DNA of 64,000 nucleotides from Candidatus Bathyarchaeota archaeon (GTDB lineage Archaea; Thermoproteota; Bathyarchaeia; Bathyarchaeales; Bathycorpusculaceae): NCBI GenBank assembly GCA_963815095.1, contig CAWFFH010000007.1, positions 1 to 64,000 of the forward strand, read 5' to 3'. Shown piece by piece: positions 62,264 to 64,000 of this stretch (position 1 is its first letter; each line of letters starts with the position of its first letter). The notes under the pieces were generated by a model. It saw only the letters and a program-made list of their open reading frames with translations, ran no database searches and was not told where the DNA came from. The position numbers and the translations under genes were made by a program.

Positions 62264-64000
62264 GTGTCGTTAACTAGCAATTCTGATTTTTATGTTTCTA
62301 TTCACGATGCTGGCATAAATCGGGTTGTAAAGCACGTAATGCGGCAACGTCCCTCCTTATTCAATTATGGTACTTCATTTTTGCTACATAATCCAGACTT
62401 GCTTTGTCAAAGAATTGATGCTGCATCAGAGGTTGTGCAAGCTGGCAACCCACTTATCACAGTTCTTGACCCACTCCCAGTCATCGGGACAAATTTAGGC
62501 TTAAACTATTGCGTTCAACTTACAAAAGGCGAGATTGATTTTCATCCAGGGAACATTATAGCTCTTCCACCTGAGTTAAATCCACTGAAGCCTCAACGTC
62601 TTGGTGTTCACTTTCAAGTTTGCGCGGGCATCGGATGCCCAACTCGTAGTCTTCCTCTCCCAGGAAGACTTTCAACTTCAGTTTTAACCGCCGCTCGGAT
62701 GTCTGCAGCTAAAGTGGATGTAACTGACAGAAAACCTACCTCTGGATTAGACGGCATTGCCTTGCCAGGCAAAGAAGTTGTTGTAGTTCCCACATCCAAG
62801 CTTGAATGTTTCTGTCTTGATCTCTTTGCCACTGCAGGAGCCAAAATAACGGGTCCAGTCGGAAATCAAACCATTTTACCTTTTGTAGATGGCATAGAAA
62901 TTGTTGACTTAAAACCCGAAGGCTTAGAAAACAGCATCGAATGCTATGCATTGCTGGCACTTAATCAAGGAATAATTCCGCCCTTAGCGTCTTCAATATC
63001 TAATTTGGCCTTTAACTTGATTGATTTACCGGATAATATGGGTAAACTTAAGGTGTCTGGATCAACTGCCGTTCCAAACAATCCGGCAATAGAACAAGAT
63101 CAACTCAAAGCTTTCATCAATCTTGACCAAGTTGAACTAAACATCGGTATTGAACCGATAGATTGCAGTTTACCAACTGGAGGCGGCGGACCGACAATAA
63201 CTCGGACTACTCGATCTAGAACCAGGACTGGTACATTTGACCTTCAGGCTGCTGTTTCTCAAAAAGCGTTTGAAAAGATTTTTGCGGGAGTGGTGAAAGG
63301 GTTTAGTCTTCACTGCGCAGACAGCGGCAGTTTTGGTCCTTTTTCGGCAAACTACGATGTCAAGGCTCATTTGGAAGGCGGCTCGGTTGACTTAAGAAGT
63401 AACGGTACCATAAAAATTTCTGAATTAGACATTAAATGGGATACCCTTAGCCTAAATCTGTGCATCGATATCCCGAAGATCTGCACACCCGGTGGATGCA
63501 TTATTCCTATTCCCTTCGAAGGCTGCCTATTAGATGTGCCCTCGTACTGCTTCTTTAAAGACACCCCAGACTTCTGTATACCTCTAAACATAAGCAGTTT
63601 GCTAACTTCAGAGGTATCTTTCACTGCAGGCATAAAAGTCTTCTACGGAACCAGCCCAGGCTTACCTAACCGCTGGCAAATAGTCATAGTGCCTACATTG
63701 CCTTTTGATATTGATATCATCGACATAGCTGATACAGTGGGAGACTTAGTTGAGAACGCTGTAAACGCCGCAATTGATGGTCTTCTTAGCGGATTTCCAG
63801 ATTGGGCAAAAGACGTTTTCAAGTTTCTCTTTGGGCCCCTCGACGACTTCATACGTTTTGCTCTCGACATACCCGACGACGTAGGTGAATGGCTTCTTGA
63901 TGCGCTCACAGATTTAGGAGTCTTTGACGTGCTTCTATCTGCTTTGAACGATTTCTTGACGACATTGGTGCCTCCCCTTGAAATTGAAGATCCATTTCCG
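62264..64000 (+). CDS. Large Cys-rich beta-rich hypothetical protein running off the window end (absent from the ORF track)
   Basis: GTG after AAGGAG. By hand translation the frame is open for about 579 codons: SLTSNSDFYVSIHDAGINRVVKHVMRQRPSLFNY...PNNPAIEQDQLKAFI...DIDIIDIADTVGDL. Confidence 0.8.
   Translation, partial: MSLTSNSDFYVSIHDAGINRVVKHVMRQRPSLFNYGTSFLLHNPDLLCQRIDAASEVVQAGNPLITVLDPLPVIGTNLGLNYCVQLTKGEIDFHPGNIIALPPELNPLKPQRLGVHFQVCAGIGCPTRSLPLPGRLSTSVLTAARMSAAKVDVTDRKPTSGLDGIALPGKEVVVVPTSKLECFCLDLFATAGAKITGPVGNQTILPFVDGIEIVDLKPEGLENSIECYALLALNQGIIPPLASSISNLAFNLIDLPDNMGKLKVSGSTAVPNNPAIEQDQLKAFINLDQVELNIGIEPIDCSLPTGGGGPTITRTTRSRTRTGTFDLQAAVSQKAFEKIFAGVVKGFSLHCADSGSFGPFSANYDVKAHLEGGSVDLRSNGTIKISELDIKWDTLSLNLCIDIPKICTPGGCIIPIPFEGCLLDVPSYCFFKDTPDFCIPLNISSLLTSEVSFTAGIKVFYGTSPGLPNRWQIVIVPTLPFDIDIIDIADTVGDLVENAVNAAIDGLLSGFPDWAKDVFKFLFGPLDDFIRFALDIPDDVGEWLLDALTDLGVFDVLLSALNDFLTTLVPPLEIEDPFP

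Noticed and set aside
62614-63909. Minus-strand ORFs listed at the window end
   Set aside because: They are antisense to the long plus-strand ORF starting at 62264.
1-64000. tRNA, rRNA, integrase, transposase or reverse transcriptase
   Set aside because: No such motifs were recognised by eye. A tRNAscan or HMM search would be needed to exclude them fully.

Overview
This is an archaeal accessory region. Bathyarchaeia is the best guess, inferred from the GHDIRNPLQA-type PAS kinases, TrmB fusions, a PQQ-like surface-protein relic, TATA-type promoters and many TTG/GTG starts. Indels split many long genes and look like long-read consensus errors, so gene versus pseudogene calls are often uncertain. 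The 1-22 kb part is a defence island: a DUF72 pair, a PNP-STAND NTPase-HEAT protein, a type I R-M system with an M48 protease, EVE-nuclease, NucS-like and PLD nucleases, and a helicase IV-like gene. The 22-58 kb part is a mosaic of roughly 4-7 kb modules separated by at least 7 same-strand copies of the 3' end of one PD-(D/E)XK nuclease gene, plus other gene relics. Its cargo includes many toxin-antitoxin systems, DUF3800 with a convergent structured RNA, a TrmB regulator whose C-terminal domain resembles the divergent secreted protein, heliorhodopsin plus SOUL, and a tusA-iscS-iscU-TRASH-dsrE operon. The best candidate for a new system is a putative RiPP cluster at 52-56 kb: two ~220-aa paralogues with a conserved leader and follower around a variable aromatic core, an EpeE/YydG-like radical SAM enzyme and an MFS exporter. 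I saw no tRNA, rRNA, CRISPR array, integrase or transposase. All family calls come from motifs recognised by eye; no database searches were run.
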